A program made the position numbers and the translations under genes. From the NCBI GenBank assembly GCA_964016885.1, contig OZ024751.1, positions 30,442,001 to 30,506,000 of the forward strand: DNA of 64,000 nt, in the 5' to 3' direction. The notes beneath the pieces are model-generated. The model saw only the letters and a program-made list of their open reading frames with translations. It was not told where the DNA came from and searched no databases. Positions 11,661 through 26,476 of the stretch are shown here, piece by piece (position 1 is the stretch's first letter; the number at the start of each line of letters is the position of its first letter). The stretch comes from Eledone cirrhosa (Eukaryota).

Positions 11661-12268
11661 TCAGGTCACCAGTTGGTGCTACTGGTAACATGTATCCCAG
11701 TACAACCTGTCTCATGGTCGGGTCGTTGGCGACTAAACTGGCAACCCCACCAAGGTTTCTTGGTGAGGAGGGTGACTTTGGACATCCTGCAGGACTAAAA
11801 ACAAAACCTGTCAAAGGGCAAAGGAGCTCTTAAGACTCAATAGCCATCCAAAATCACCGGGAGAGATGACCCCTTAGCCTTTGTCAAGGCAGAATTCTAG
11901 GAGAAGGAAAACTCTGATATAACACCTGCAACCCTGATGGTATCCAATGATGTTGACTTGTTCTTCTTTTTGGTAAATATCATCTTGGTTAAGAGAGTGG
12001 GACTGGCTTTGTGCAGTGCCTTTGCTCACTATAAAAGCTTCACAGCACAGGCATTGCTTTATATCTGGAGATCTCTCTGCACTTGTCATCACATGGTACC
12101 ATGGGCCCTGCACTATGTGTCAATAATGGTCACAAGTGTAGTCTTTGTACCAGAGTTTTCAAGTCGCTGGCTGGACTAAAAAGTCACATTCGTTCAGCGC
12201 ATCGGTAGGGGTTCTCCTACATGGATATAAAGTAGTGGCCGTACTCGAAAACGAGTTGGCAGCCACCA
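11661..12268 (+). mobile_element. 608-bp non-autonomous RTE-derived element, copy 1
   Basis: TCAGGTCACC...GGCAGCCACCA then (TATG)n; 12131-12208 encodes [25 protein letters not shown], homologous to the last finger of the ORF ending at 26041. Confidence 0.85.
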
Positions 12269-12452
12269 TATATGTATATATGTATGTATATATGTATATG
12301 TGTATGTATGTATATGTGTGTGTATGTATATATATATGTATGTATATATGTATGTATGTATATGTGTATGTATGTATGTATATGTGTATGTATGTATGTA
12401 TGTATATATATATATGTATGTATGTATGTGTATATATGTATGTATGTATGTA

Positions 12453-12483
<31 letters not shown>

Positions 12484-12724
12484 GTATATGTATGTATGTA
12501 TGTATGTGTATATGTATGTATGTATGTATATATATATGTATGTATGTATGTATATATATGTGTATATATATATGTATGTATGTATGTATATATGTATGTA
12601 TGTATATATGTATGTATGTGTGTATGTATGTATGTATGTATATGTATATATGTATGTATATGTGTATGTATGTATATATGTATGTATGTATGTATGTATA
12701 TATGTATGTATGTATGTGTGTATG

Positions 12725-12758
<34 letters not shown>

Positions 12759-12856
12759 TGTATGTGTATATGTATGTATATATATATGTATGTATATGTG
12801 TATGTATGTATGTGTGTATGTATGTATATGTGTATGTATGTATGTATATATGTATG

Positions 12857-12891
<35 letters not shown>

Positions 12892-12896
12892 TTATG
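12269..12896. repeat. (TATG)n/(TA)n spacer
   Basis: Direct reading. Confidence 0.95.
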
Positions 12897-13504
12897 TCAG
12901 GTCACCAGTTGGTGCTACTGGTAACATGTATCCCAGTACAACCTGTCCCATGGTCGGGTCGTTGGCGACTAAACTGGCAACCCCACCAAGGTTTCTTGGT
13001 GAGGAGGGTGACTTTGGACATCCTGCAGGACTAAAAACAAAACCTGTCAAAGGGCAAAGGAGCTCTTAAGAGTCAATGGCCATCCAAACTCACCGGGAGA
13101 GATGACCCCTTAGCCTTTGTCAAGGCAGAATTCTAGGAGAAAGAAAACTCTGATATAACACCTGCAACCCTGATGGTATCCAATGATGTTGACTTGTTCT
13201 TCTTTTTGGTAAATATCATCTTGGTTAAGAGAGTGGGACTGGCTTTGTGCAGTGCCTTTGCTCACTATAAAAGCTTCACGGCACAGGCATTGCTTTATAT
13301 CTGGAGATCTCTCTGCACTTGTCGTCACATGGTACCATGGGCCCAGCACTATGTGTCAGTAATTGTCACAAGTGTAGTGTTTGTACCAGAGTTTTCAAGT
13401 CGCTGGCTGGACTAAAAAGTCACACTCGTTCAGCGCATCGGTAGGGGTTCTCCTACATGGATATAAAGTAGTGGCCGTACTCGAAAACGAGTTGGCAGCC
13501 ACCA
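12897..13504 (+). mobile_element. 608-bp element, copy 2
   Basis: Near-identical to copy 1, with the same ends and length. Confidence 0.85.
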
Positions 13505-13524
13505 TGTATGTATGTATGTTATTT

Positions 13525-14132
13525 TCAGGTCACCAGTTGGTGCCACTGGTAACATGTATCCCAGTACAACCTGTCTCATGGTCGAGTCGTTGGCGACTAA
13601 ACTGGCAACCCCACCAAGGTTTCTTGGTGAGGAGGGTGACTTTGGACATCCTGCAGGACTAAAAACAAAACCTGTCAAAGAGCAAAGGAGCTCTTAAGAG
13701 TCAATGGCCATCCAAAATCACCGGGAGAGATGACCCCTTAGCCTTTGTCAAGGCAGAATTCTAGGAGAAGGAAAACTCTGATATAACACCTGCAACCCTG
13801 ATGGTATCCAATGATGTTGACTTGTTCTTCTTTTTGTTAAATAACATCTTGGTTAAGAGAGTGGGACTGGCTTTGTGTAGTGCCTTTGCTCATTATAAAA
13901 GCTTCACGGCACAGGCATTGATTTATATCTGGAGATCTCTCTGCACTTGTCGTCACATGGTACCATGGGCCCAGCACTATGTGTCAATAATTGTCACAGG
14001 TGTAGTGTTTGTACCAGAGTTTTCAAGTCGCTGGCTGGACTAAAAAGTCACACTCGTTCAGCGCATCGGTAAGGGTTCTCCTACATGGATATAAAGTAGT
14101 GGCCGTACTCGAAAACGAGTTGGCAGCCACCA
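13525..14132 (+). mobile_element. 608-bp element, copy 3
   Basis: Near-identical to copy 1, followed by (TGTA)n. Confidence 0.85.
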
Positions 14133-14814
14133 TGTATGTATGTATGTATGTATGTATGTATGTTTATATGTAAATGTGTGTATGTATGGGTGAGGTCGTT
14201 GGGGTTCCGTAGTGACATACTCGAGGTTTAAACAGCCGATTTCTTCCAGAAATAAAGGGAGAAAAAGTGGGAGAGGGGGAAGAGAGAGAACTAAATAGGA
14301 TTAGCAACTTAGCCCAGCATTTAACAGTTCTTGCTAGACTAACGCCTTCTTCTATGACATAATATTACATTTATAAACGATACAAATTAATGAAAAAAAA
14401 ACAACTAACAGTTACAAATAGTAAGGGGAAAGATTTTGATTGAGTATATGTATTTGGTAAGCAGAGAGTTTAATTATATCCATCAAAATATTGCAGGCAG
14501 AAAAAAATAAAATAAGCATGTATTTTACATAAAACATATAAAATAAACATATATTTCACATAAATAGAAATCAGAGGAAAAAAATTTAAACGTGTTAAAT
14601 TGCTAAAATTGCATTATTGTTTTTTTTTTCCTCTATCAATTTAATTAAATATATTTAATTGATTTCAATTAAACAGCAGTCAAATTAAGATTTGCATCAC
14701 TGACACGCGTTTACATAAAACACATAAAAAATAGTTTATTTACTGAACACGTAATACACTGTGAAAATATACGTCATTTTATGTATCGTGACATTCATTA
14801 TTCCTTTATCGTTA

Positions 14815-14980
14815 GTGACCGTGGTCGTAGGATAGACTGCGTTGTTCGCAACCACGTAGGATTAAATTCAACATGACTGCGCGGCGTCTTTGGACAAATG
14901 TCTTCCACCGTAGCCTCGAATCGACCGAAGCTTTATAAGGGAAAATTTGTGACAGAGATAATTGTGTAAAAACCTGTCGG
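14815..14980 (+). mobile_element. Old tRNA-derived SINE of a second family
   Basis: TTGGACAAATGTCTTCCACCGTAGCCTCG..CGACCGAAGC resembles a recalled cephalopod SINE body; decayed. Confidence 0.45.
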
Positions 14981-15117
14981 AGCGACTGTTCCCGACTGAA
15001 TCTATCACTCGGTTTTACAGGATTATCTTAAGGGCTTCTCACGCCATGTCCCAGAGACATTAACCATAATCCGGAGATTCTGCTTTACGAATTAGAGAAA
15101 GCTATCCATTGCGATTT

Positions 15118-15171
<54 letters not shown>

Positions 15172-15629
15172 GCTTATGGGCTATGTTTAAAGGTATGTGA
15201 ATGTAAGGAGACTGAAAAGGAGATACAATACGAGAGAGAGAGAGAGAGAAGATAAAGGATGATAGAGTGGGCGAGTAAATGTGTGCTAATTCTTTAACAG
15301 GAACTATAAATTTGGTTTATATTTTAAAGAGATACTTGCCGAAATCTGCACGTTTGTCTGCTACAGCTGTAAAGATCAGCTAAGTTAACGTCGGATGACA
15401 GAGGAAGGAATGCCAACAGACATTACATAACATCTGTTTACACATACATATATACATACATGCATGTATGTATGTATAAATGTATGTATATATGTATATA
15501 TAAATGTATGTATGTATGTATATATAAATGTATGTATGTATATATAAATGAATGTAGGTATACATGTATATATAAATGAATGTAGTATACATGTATATAT
15601 GCATGTATGTATGTATATATGCATGTATG

Positions 15630-15663
<34 letters not shown>

Positions 15664-15830
15664 TGTATGTATTTATGTATGTATATATGTGTGCGTCTGT
15701 GTATGTGTACATAATTATATCAGAAACTGTGTAACAAAGGAGTGAATGAATACTCGACTCTGGAGGTTGATATATTGGTTTGTTAAATCCCTGTCTTACT
15801 CTCAAATTCACAGTAAACGCAGTAGTAAAG

Positions 15831-16054
15831 AAATAGTTCTCTATCTGACTCTTTATACAAATAGTTCTCTATCTGACTCTTTATACAAATAGTTCTCTAT
15901 CTGACTCTTTATACAAATAGTTCTCTATCTGACTCTTTATACAAATAGTTCTCTATCTGACTCTTTATACAAATAGTTCTCTATCTGACTCTTTATACAA
16001 ATAGTTCTCTATCTGACTCTTTATACAAATAGTTCTCTATCTGACTCTTTATAC
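15831..16054. repeat. Perfect 28-bp minisatellite, 8 copies
   Basis: AAATAGTTCTCTATCTGACTCTTTATAC repeated head to tail. Confidence 0.97.
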
Positions 16055-16147
16055 ATTGGTATTACTTCTACATGTGAACTGGAACCAAGGACACGCATCT
16101 ACTTTTCTGTTTATTTCTATATTTTCACTATGTATTTATCTAACTTA

Positions 16148-16372
16148 GGCGGAGAATTGGCAGAGTCGTTAGAATGTCAGATAGAATGATTTGTGGAACT
16201 CGTTCCGGCTCTCTGCTTTGTTAGGGCGATTGACAGAATCGGTAGAGCATCGGACAAAATGATTTGCGCTATCTAGTTACGACTTTCTACGTTCTGATTT
16301 CAAATCCCACCGATGTCAAGTTTGCTTTTCATCTTTTCGGGATCGATAAAAAAGTATCAGTCCAATATTGGG
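16148..16372 (+). mobile_element. Main SINE with duplicated head
   Basis: Two heads (GGCGGAGAATTGGCAGAGTCG and GGCGATTGACAGAATCGG), then the core. Confidence 0.75.
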
Positions 16373-16607
16373 CATTATTCTTCTATATGTGCCATTCTTT
16401 TTATTACTAGAGATATAGTTACGTCCGTTTATGTTCTGGGTTGAAATCCTGACAGGTTTAACTTCGAAATTTCCTAACAAATGAAATCAAATAAAAGAGA
16501 ACTATGTGAGTCAATTCATATTTATTTTAAAGTATTTCACAAACAACTGACTGAATATTCATTTCCACCAGTAACGAAACTAATACACTGCCACACCAGC
16601 TCTGAAT

Positions 16608-17838
16608 AGTCCAGTAACACTAATAATGCACTTCCAGACCATCTTTATATAGTCCAGTAACACAACTAGTACACTTCTACACTATCTCTATAGAGTCCAG
16701 TAACACAACTAGTACACTTCTACACCATCTCTATAGAGTCGAGTAACACAACAAGTACACTTCTACACCATCTCTATATAGTCCAGTAACACTAATAATA
16801 CACTTCTACACCATCTCTATATAGTCCAGTAACACAACTAATACACTTCTACACCATCTCTATATAGTCCAGTAACACAACTAATATACTTCTACACCAT
16901 CTCTATATAGTCCAGTAACACAACTAATATACTTCTACACCATCTCTATATAGTCCAGTAACACAACTAATACACTTCTACACCATCTCTATATAGTCCA
17001 GTAACACAACTAATATACTTCTACACCATCTCTATATAGTCCAGTAACACAACTAATATACTTCTACACCATCTCTATATAGTCCAGTAACACAACTAAT
17101 ATACTTCTACACCATCTCTATATAGTCCAGTAACACAACTAATACACTTCTACACCATCTCTATATAGTCCAGTAACACAACTAATATACTTCTACACCA
17201 TCTCTATATAGTCCAGTAACACAACTAGTACACTTCTACACCATCTCTATATAGTCCAGTAACACAACTAATATACTTCTACACCATCTCTATATAGTCC
17301 AGTAACACAACTAATATACTTCTACACCATCTCTATATAGTCCAGTAACACAACTAGTACACTTCTACACCATCTCTATATAGTCCAGTAACACAACTAA
17401 TATACTTCTACACCATCTCTATATAGTCCAGTAACACAACTAATATACTTCTACACCATCTCTATATAGTCCAGTAACACAACTAATATACTTCTACACC
17501 ATCTCTATATAGTCCAGTATCACAACTAATATACTTCTACACCATCTCTATATAGTCCAGTAACACAACTAATATACTTCTACACCATCTCTATATAGTC
17601 CAGTAACACAACTAATATACTTCTACACCATCTCTATATAGTCCAGTAACACAACTAATATACTTCTACACCATCTCTATATAGTCCAGTAACACAACTA
17701 GTACACTTCTACACCATCTCTATATAGTCCAGTAACACAACTAATATACTTCTACACCATCTCTATATAGTCCAGTAACACAACTAATACACTTCTACAC
17801 CATCTCTATATAGTCCAGTAACACAACTAACACACTTC
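16608..17838. repeat. 43-bp minisatellite, ~28 copies
   Basis: AGTCCAGTAACACAACTAATATACTTCTACACCATCTCTATAT; period 43. Confidence 0.97.
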
Positions 17839-18204
17839 CACTAATAAACTTCCACACACAATCTCTTCACATTTTCATATTTTCTCAACTATATATTAGA
17901 AACATAGTATATGAAGCGACCCGTAACCTTTAATCGTTTATTGGGTGACTGGCAACCAAAGGCTATATCGTATACATAACGTGTGTCGAGTAGAAATCAA
18001 CCAAGCAGAACCTATCCTCCACCCTCTACGACACCCAGTCCTTTGACTGTTGACTTTGGCAGAAAAATCTCATGGTGAGGAGTAAGCGAAGTGAAATGAA
18101 TTGTTTCAATCGTGTATCGAACCATAAAGTAACGTTAAGTTCATCGGTAGTTTCCGTATCAATATGGTGGTTGGTAAAACTACAAAGAGGTGTTGAATAT
18201 ATAG

Positions 18205-18722
18205 AATTGTTAGACCGTAGGATAGAAATGGTTTGGCGGTATTCTTCCGGCTCTTTGTATTCTTAGTTCAAATAACGTTGGACTCAACTTTGCCTTTCAT
18301 CCTAACATCATATCGGGGTTAATAAATAAACTACCCGTCTTGTACTTTCTTTCTTTCTTTATTTATTTATTTATTTATTTATTTATTGAATATGGAAGGG
18401 ACGCTTTTATAGTCTTAGACGTATTCGTTTCTTCTTAGGGAATCCACAATATACATCGGTAGTACCAAATTCCACTAAGTATAAATATTGGTCAAATCAA
18501 AGCTATGGAAGAAATTCACTTGGATATTGTTAATATGATTCTTGGAAGCCATGCTTTGCAGCAAAGAGATACGGCCCTTTATGGTCTGAGTTCATATCCC
18601 GCCGAGGTTAACTTTGCCTTTCATCCTTAGGTCGTTTCATCCGGGGTCGATAAAATAAAGTACCAGTAATGCACTGGGTAATTGCTGGCCTTGTGCCTAA
18701 AGTAGAAACAATTATTATTATT
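18205..18722 (+). mobile_element. Two main SINE copies (18205-18345, 18540-18722)
   Basis: Core AACTTTGCCTTTCATCC at ~18286 and ~18610. Confidence 0.75.
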
Positions 18723-18726
18723 ATAT

Positions 18727-18860
18727 CTTCATTGTTGAATTGGTCTTGCCATTGTGCACTTTTACTCGACCTTATTGTAACCCCCCCCCCCACGGTCTCT
18801 GTCTTTGTATTGTCCCCTAGATGTTGGCCCTTGTGGCCAATAAATGAAATCATTATTATT
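18727..18860 (+). mobile_element. Probable LINE 3' UTR with poly(A) signal
   Basis: CCCTTGTGGCCAATAAATGAAAT followed by (ATT)n; resembles a recalled cephalopod LINE tail. Confidence 0.4.
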
Positions 18861-19150
18861 GTTGTTGTTGTTGTTTTACCATTCACTCACTCTCTCCTTC
18901 AATATGGTTTCTCAGCAAATTCAGAAGTAAACGTGACGACGACCATGATGCTGATAGTGGTGATGATGATGATGAGGAGGAGGAGGAGGAGAGGAAGGTG
19001 TGTGTATATGCATTTGTATAAATACACACACATTCACACATATGTGTGTAGGTCTTCACACTTGTGAATGTAAATAAACAAAATACAGCTGTTAACGAAG
19101 GCTTACATACCAACAAAACATCACATAAAATAAGTAAATAAATAAATAAA

Positions 19151-19345
19151 TCTTCTTCTTCTACTTCTTCTTCGCTCACTTATTTCTGAAAGGGTCATGA
19201 GGGCAGACTCCTCAAATAATCCTTTCAGTGGGTCCTGTCAGAAGCAACAGGCTCCAACTGATCCGGCTAGATCCCCAAGCGAGACCAGCCAAGCTCATGG
19301 AAGTTAGCCAACCATCTTGCTCGGGGTCTACCCGTAATAGCTGTC
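19151..19345 (-). pseudogene. Decayed RTE-clade LINE 3' end
   Basis: Minus strand gives TGRPRARWLANFHELGWSRLGI*PDQLEPVASDRTH*KDYLRSLP (the RTE GRPxxRW...AxDRxxW pattern) followed by a (GAA)n tail. Confidence 0.7.
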
Positions 19346-19631
19346 TGATGATGTCGCAACTGTTACATAACTATTACCCTCGAAATAAGTAAAACAGCGA
19401 TTGTGTAACAAATAAATGAGGTCAATTCTAACCTACTGACTTCTACTTCATTACTTTTATATATATATATATATATATATGTGTATGTGTGTGTGCGTAT
19501 GTGTCTTTGCATATGATATCTTTAGAGATTGAGGGAGGGGGAGATAAATAGATAGATTCTCTTATATCCATAAATAAGTTACGTTGATAAACTTTAGTGA
19601 TGCTTTATATCAATTCATTCAATGGACAAGA

Positions 19632-19662
19632 TGCGGCCCGCGGGCCATGTATTGCCGCTCCT
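19632..19662. mobile_element. Remnant hAT/Charlie-like terminus
   Basis: TGCGGCCCGCGGGCC subterminal motif; no partner end found. Confidence 0.35.
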
Positions 19663-19926
19663 TCTACACTAATTGAGAAGAAAGAACTACTTGAGAATGT
19701 TATAGAAGACAAAACAAAATAATTCCACCGAGATTTTTACAGCTCTGTGAAGTAGTAAACTTGTACTAAAAAAAAGCACGGCGATGTGTGATGGTATTGT
19801 TCATAGAGGCAGCTATTGGAAGCAAGTTCGTAAAGGTCACATGTGAACCAGAAATCGTCAAAGGTCACATCTAACACCATTAACTAAATAATCTCACTCT
19901 CTCTCACACACACACTCTCTCTCACA

Positions 19927-20032
<106 letters not shown>

Positions 20033-20087
20033 CATTCTGTCTCTCTTGCTATCTATTTAAAAGAATATCACATATACTCACACACAC

Positions 20088-20119
<32 letters not shown>

Positions 20120-20123
20120 AACT

Positions 20124-20158
<35 letters not shown>

Positions 20159-20444
20159 ATATATATAAATTAGCTACCGGTTTGTTTGATGAATTCTATG
20201 TCATTCATGATGATTGTGACAATGTCTTGTCAAGAGCCAACTAAACTACATCAGAAGATCAAAGAAGCCGACTTACACAAAGATCCGCTTTACACCGGAT
20301 TGCACACTTGTTGAAAAAAAAACATTTAAATTGGCGCGAAAACACGCTGACTTGTAAAACTATACACAAAAAGGTTGTTTGTGAATATAACATGCGGGGA
20401 AATTTAGATGATTGTGCACAAATATGTAACCCGTTTAACTTACC

Positions 20445-20987
20445 CACACACACATACACACGCACACACGCACACACACAGGCACACATGTACACAAGCA
20501 CACATACACATACATATATATATATATATACACACACATACACATAAACACACACACGCGTATACACACACATACTCGCACACACATACTCGCACATACA
20601 TACGCGCGCATACTTACACATACACACACACGCACGCACATATATACTCAAACTCACATATATGCACATACATACACACACGCACACATACACACACCAA
20701 AATACACATACGCACATACATACGTACGCGTGTATGCAGAAACACGCACACATACACATACACTGACACAGACACTACACATATATACATTTGTGTGTGC
20801 ACATGTATGTGTTTGTGTACGTCTGACTGTGAATGTATGTGTGTGTCAGCGTGTACATGTACGTGACGAAGTAACCTTTAAAATGGCGTTAAGTGAAAAC
20901 AGTCGTATTCTTTGTTTAATAACCAATTGTTAATTACAGCAGACATAGATACTGTTTATGGAAATGCACACACACGCACACATGCCT

Positions 20988-21021
<34 letters not shown>

Positions 21022-21120
21022 ACGCACACGCACACGCGCGCACGCACACACACACGCGCACACGCACACACACGCGCACACGCACGCACACACACACGCA
21101 CACACGCGCACACACACGCG

Positions 21121-21193
<73 letters not shown>

Positions 21194-21299
21194 GTATACA
21201 ACATTATTGTATAGAAATTATTAATAGGGGAAAAAGCATATATACACACACACATATATATGTGTGTATATATATATATATGCGTGTGTGTGTGCGTGT

Positions 21300-21335
<36 letters not shown>
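20445..21335. repeat. (CA)n/(CG)n/(TG)n microsatellite blocks
   Basis: Direct reading. Confidence 0.9.
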
Positions 21336-21338
<3 letters not shown>

Positions 21339-21544
21339 TGGGAGGTTAGTAAAATCGAAGGTGTGGCAGTCGGCCAACATCCGCGAAACAATTCGGAGTT
21401 TGCACGAAACACTCAATAAGGATGTATCGATAAATCGATAGATTACACCTTAGAGTAATAAACAAGTGGTTTTTCTCAAAAATGTTTTCCCTTCTTTCCT
21501 CTTTTCACGCTCTATCTTTCAATTTCATCTTTTATTTCTCATTC

Positions 21545-21675
21545 TATTTTCTGATGAAGTACTAGTATCCGAAACGTCTAGACTCTCTTCCTGCAGTATC
21601 AAGCGCTAAAGTACTATATTTCTTCATTTTGCTGTATTGTTTATTTTGTTGTTTCCGTTTACTTTTCGCATATAT
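21545..21675 (+). mobile_element. Penelope-like tail, family C, with hammerhead-like motif (21551-21578)
   Basis: CTGATGA-AGTACTAGTATCC-GAAAC-GTC; downstream sequence aligns with 33630-33720 and 43730-43810 (-). Confidence 0.6.
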
Positions 21676-22449
21676 GAATATGCGAGAGTGAGAGTGAGTG
21701 AGAGTGAGTGAGAAAGGGTTGGTTGGGTGGGTGGTAGTAAATAAACACATGCACTTCTCTGCAAACATACACACATACATACATCCATACATAAATATAT
21801 ACATACATAAATACATACATACACACACGCATACATACATACATACACACATACATACATCCATACATAAATATATACATACATAAATACATACACACAC
21901 GCATACATACATACATACATACATACATACATACATACGATGATAGAAGGTGTATGAAACGAAAGCGGGAGAAAGTTGTTTTAGAAAATGAACAATTATT
22001 CTTTAAAGGCTCAAGATTCTTTTGAAATTCTTTGATGAATATGTGAAAGCAATGATTTTATGTTTTATTTCATTGTCCTTATTTTGTTTTCAGAACCAAT
22101 GAATGTCCATATTCCCCTATTTAATATATTAAGCTAAAAAGCTAGAAACCTTTAAGAACCCTTTCCGATGGTCTTATTTGTAATCTGCGCTAACGCTGAA
22201 TACGTGCTTTGATAACCTACGATAGAAAAGAATTTTTTCTTCACTCTTATCGTATTGAATATAAATGATAACAAATATAATAATGAAACAAATTTTGCAA
22301 CCGCTTTCTATAAAACATTCAAACAAATACAGCGTTAAACCGGACATTTTTCTTTTCGTTTTATAATAAGTAATGTTATTAGAATGTTATCTATTTTTCG
22401 TTTTTCTTTAATCAACAAGAAAAGAACACGTTTCGCCATGGTTCTCAAA

Positions 22450-23020
22450 GAACATACAATACGTATTCATATATCGACACGTAAACACATACTGGGGCAT
22501 ACAATACGTGTTAATACATCTACACTTAAACACATACTGGGACATACAATACGCATTCATATATCATAAACACATAGTGGGACATGCAATACGTATTCAT
22601 ATATCATAAACACATAGTGGGACATGCAATACGCATTCATATATCGTAAACACATAGTGGGACATGCAATACGTATTCATATATCGTAAACACATAGTGG
22701 GACATGCAATACGCATTCATATATCATAAACACATAGTGGGACATGCAATACGTATTCATATATCATAAACACATAGTGGGACATGCAATACGCATTCAT
22801 ATATCGTAAACACATACTGGGACATGCAATACGTATTCATATATCGTAAACACATACTGGGACATGCAATACGTATTCATAATATCGTAAACACATACTG
22901 GGACATGCAATACGTATTCATATATCGTAAACACATACTGGGACATGCAATACGTATTCATATATCGTAAACACATACTGGGACATGCAATACGTATTCA
23001 TATATCGTAAACACATACTA
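22450..23020. repeat. 40-bp minisatellite, ~14 copies
   Basis: AAACACATA(G/C)TGGGACATGCAATACG(T/C)ATTCATATATC(G/A)T. Confidence 0.97.
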
Positions 23021-23219
23021 GAATATAGATAAATAAGATTGCTATATATATATATATATGTGTGTGTGTGTCTATGTGTGTGTGTGTCCAGAGGTCCGAC
23101 GAGCTTTTGATTCCAAAGTCGGGCCAGATCGATACAGATCGAACCTTGAGCTGATCAGTAGCTAAACGCGCGTCACCAACCAATAAACGTAATGAAGGAG
23201 TAACCATTCGCCCTTGTAT

Positions 23220-23308
<89 letters not shown>

Positions 23309-23328
23309 ACATAGATATATACATACAC

Positions 23329-23363
<35 letters not shown>

Positions 23364-23470
23364 CACGTGTGTGTGAAATAGAGAGGTATTAAGAGTAACT
23401 GAAATGGATAATCTCTATGCATTATGGAATAATTAATATAAGATAATTGAATAACTAATTAGTTGTTTTC

Positions 23471-23508
<38 letters not shown>

Positions 23509-23535
23509 CTATCATTTTCACCATTCCTGCTGTGT

Positions 23536-23569
<34 letters not shown>

Positions 23570-23769
23570 NNNNNNNNNNNNNNNNNNNNNNNNNNNNNNN
23601 NNNNNNNNNNNNNNNNNNNNNNNNNNNNNNNNNNNNNNNNNNNNNNNNNNNNNNNNNNNNNNNNNNNNNNNNNNNNNNNNNNNNNNNNNNNNNNNNNNNN
23701 NNNNNNNNNNNNNNNNNNNNNNNNNNNNNNNNNNNNNNNNNNNNNNNNNNNNNNNNNNNNNNNNNNNNN
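23570..23769. other. Assembly gap (200 N)
   Basis: Run of N; adjacency across it is uncertain. Confidence 1.
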
Positions 23770-23989
23770 AAGATGTTAAACCCACCAATGTTGTCCCTTC
23801 TCTCTCCTATTTTTTCCTTATTCTTCTCTTTTCACTTTCCTCTAAAGGAGCCACTCTACATCTTATGCTTTTCTTCAGAGTTTTCTTCGCTTTTCTAGTT
23901 GATATTTTGGTCTTTGTCTTAGTCTTTGTCAAGCTTTATTTATTCTGTTTGTTCTTACGCCTGAAGCTAAGTAATATCAAATGTGGAAA

Positions 23990-24938
<949 letters not shown>

Positions 24939-25223
24939 AAAAGCGAACCATAAACATATATTAATAGATACCATTGATGTAATAATTTCATTAATATTCT
25001 AAATTTGCCTCTGCCATACAATAGTGAGATAATGTGTGACATAAACGAGAATTTAATTTGTTTCACCGAATCTTTATATTTGGTTCTTTATCTTTTTTTT
25101 TTTTACCAAACTATCATAGAAAAATAATCCGTCACGTGAAGTCTTAGATAGCTAACTCTAAAAGTAAACATTAGATAAATGTTCTAAAGTATTTAATCCG
25201 GTGTTGCTATATATATATATTTA

Positions 25224-25254
<31 letters not shown>

Positions 25255-25257
25255 GTT

Positions 25258-25311
<54 letters not shown>

Positions 25312-25441
25312 TATATATGTGTGTGCGTGTGTGTGTATATGTATGTATGTATATATGTATATGTATGTATGTATATATATATATGTATGTATATATATAT
25401 ATATGTATGTATGTAGGATGTATATATATATATATGTATGT

Positions 25442-26041
25442 ATGAAGGATTCTAGAATACCAAAACAACTCTTCTATGGAGAGTTGGTTAAAGGAAAACG
25501 ACCGCCACATAAACCAAAAAAGAGGTATAAGGATTCCTTGAAGGCCTCTCTGAGAGACGCTAACATCTCTGCTGATACATGGGAAAATGTTGCTGCTGAT
25601 CGTAATAAATGGAGAAAGACTGTATATGAGGGAAAAGTTGCCTTTGAGGCATCTCGAATCGCACACGAGAAAGTAAAGCGGGACGTGAGGAAGGGTATTG
25701 CTGTTGCACTTCCAGACGGCGAGGGTCCTCCTATGTTTCTGACATGCAGCGTCTGTGCGAGACTCTGCCTAAGCAAAGCTGGACTCGAAAGTCATCTTCG
25801 CAGTCATAAAGTAAGACCAGTGGTTGACTACCAGGCTGCTGTTGGAGATGCTACTCATCATGCTTGCCAAACATGTGGTAGAGAATGTAAATCAGCAGGA
25901 GGACTCAAGCGACATGCAAAAGTACACGAACTCCAACCACAGCCGACTATTCCCAGTAAATGTTTTGGTTGCCGACTCTGTGCAAGACATTTTAGATCAT
26001 TGGCTGGGCTAAAAAGCCACATTCGATCGCAGCACTGTTAG
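25442..26041 (+). pseudogene. 5'-truncated RTE-clade LINE ORF end with three C2H2 zinc fingers
   Basis: [30 protein letters not shown]...[12 protein letters not shown] (RTE C-terminus), then CSVC..HLRSH, CQTC..HAKVH, CRLC..HIRSQH; about 200 codons without a stop. Confidence 0.9.
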
Positions 26042-26049
26042 TTGCTATC

Positions 26050-26087
<38 letters not shown>

Positions 26088-26166
26088 GCTTATGTGCGTG
26101 CGTGTGTGTGTATATATATATGAATATGTATATTATTGTTGTTGTTGTCGTTATTAATATTATTGC

Positions 26167-26206
<40 letters not shown>

Positions 26207-26390
26207 GTTATTAATGTATGTGTGTATATATGTGTGAGTGTATGTGTATGTATGTGTGTGTGTATATATGTATGTATGTGTATGTATGTGTGTGTATATA
26301 TATGTGTATGTATATATATATGTATATATATGTGTGTATATATATAATATATATATATATCTTTTCCCTTTTTTTTTTTTTTTTTTTTTC

Positions 26391-26470
<80 letters not shown>

Positions 26471-26476
26471 TGTGCA

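Noticed and set aside
11703-11800. Twister or HDV-like ribozyme assignment
   Set aside because: Lacks the twister UAA and CCCAAGC-type loop and the HDV-like P3/L3 pattern; kept only as an unassigned structured leader.
20436-20446. Minus-strand splice donor GGTAAGT
   Set aside because: The implied exon would be (TG)n microsatellite.
25442-26041. Host C2H2 zinc-finger gene exon
   Set aside because: In frame with RTE C-terminal motifs, lacks TGEKP linkers and is followed by a LINE-type tail.
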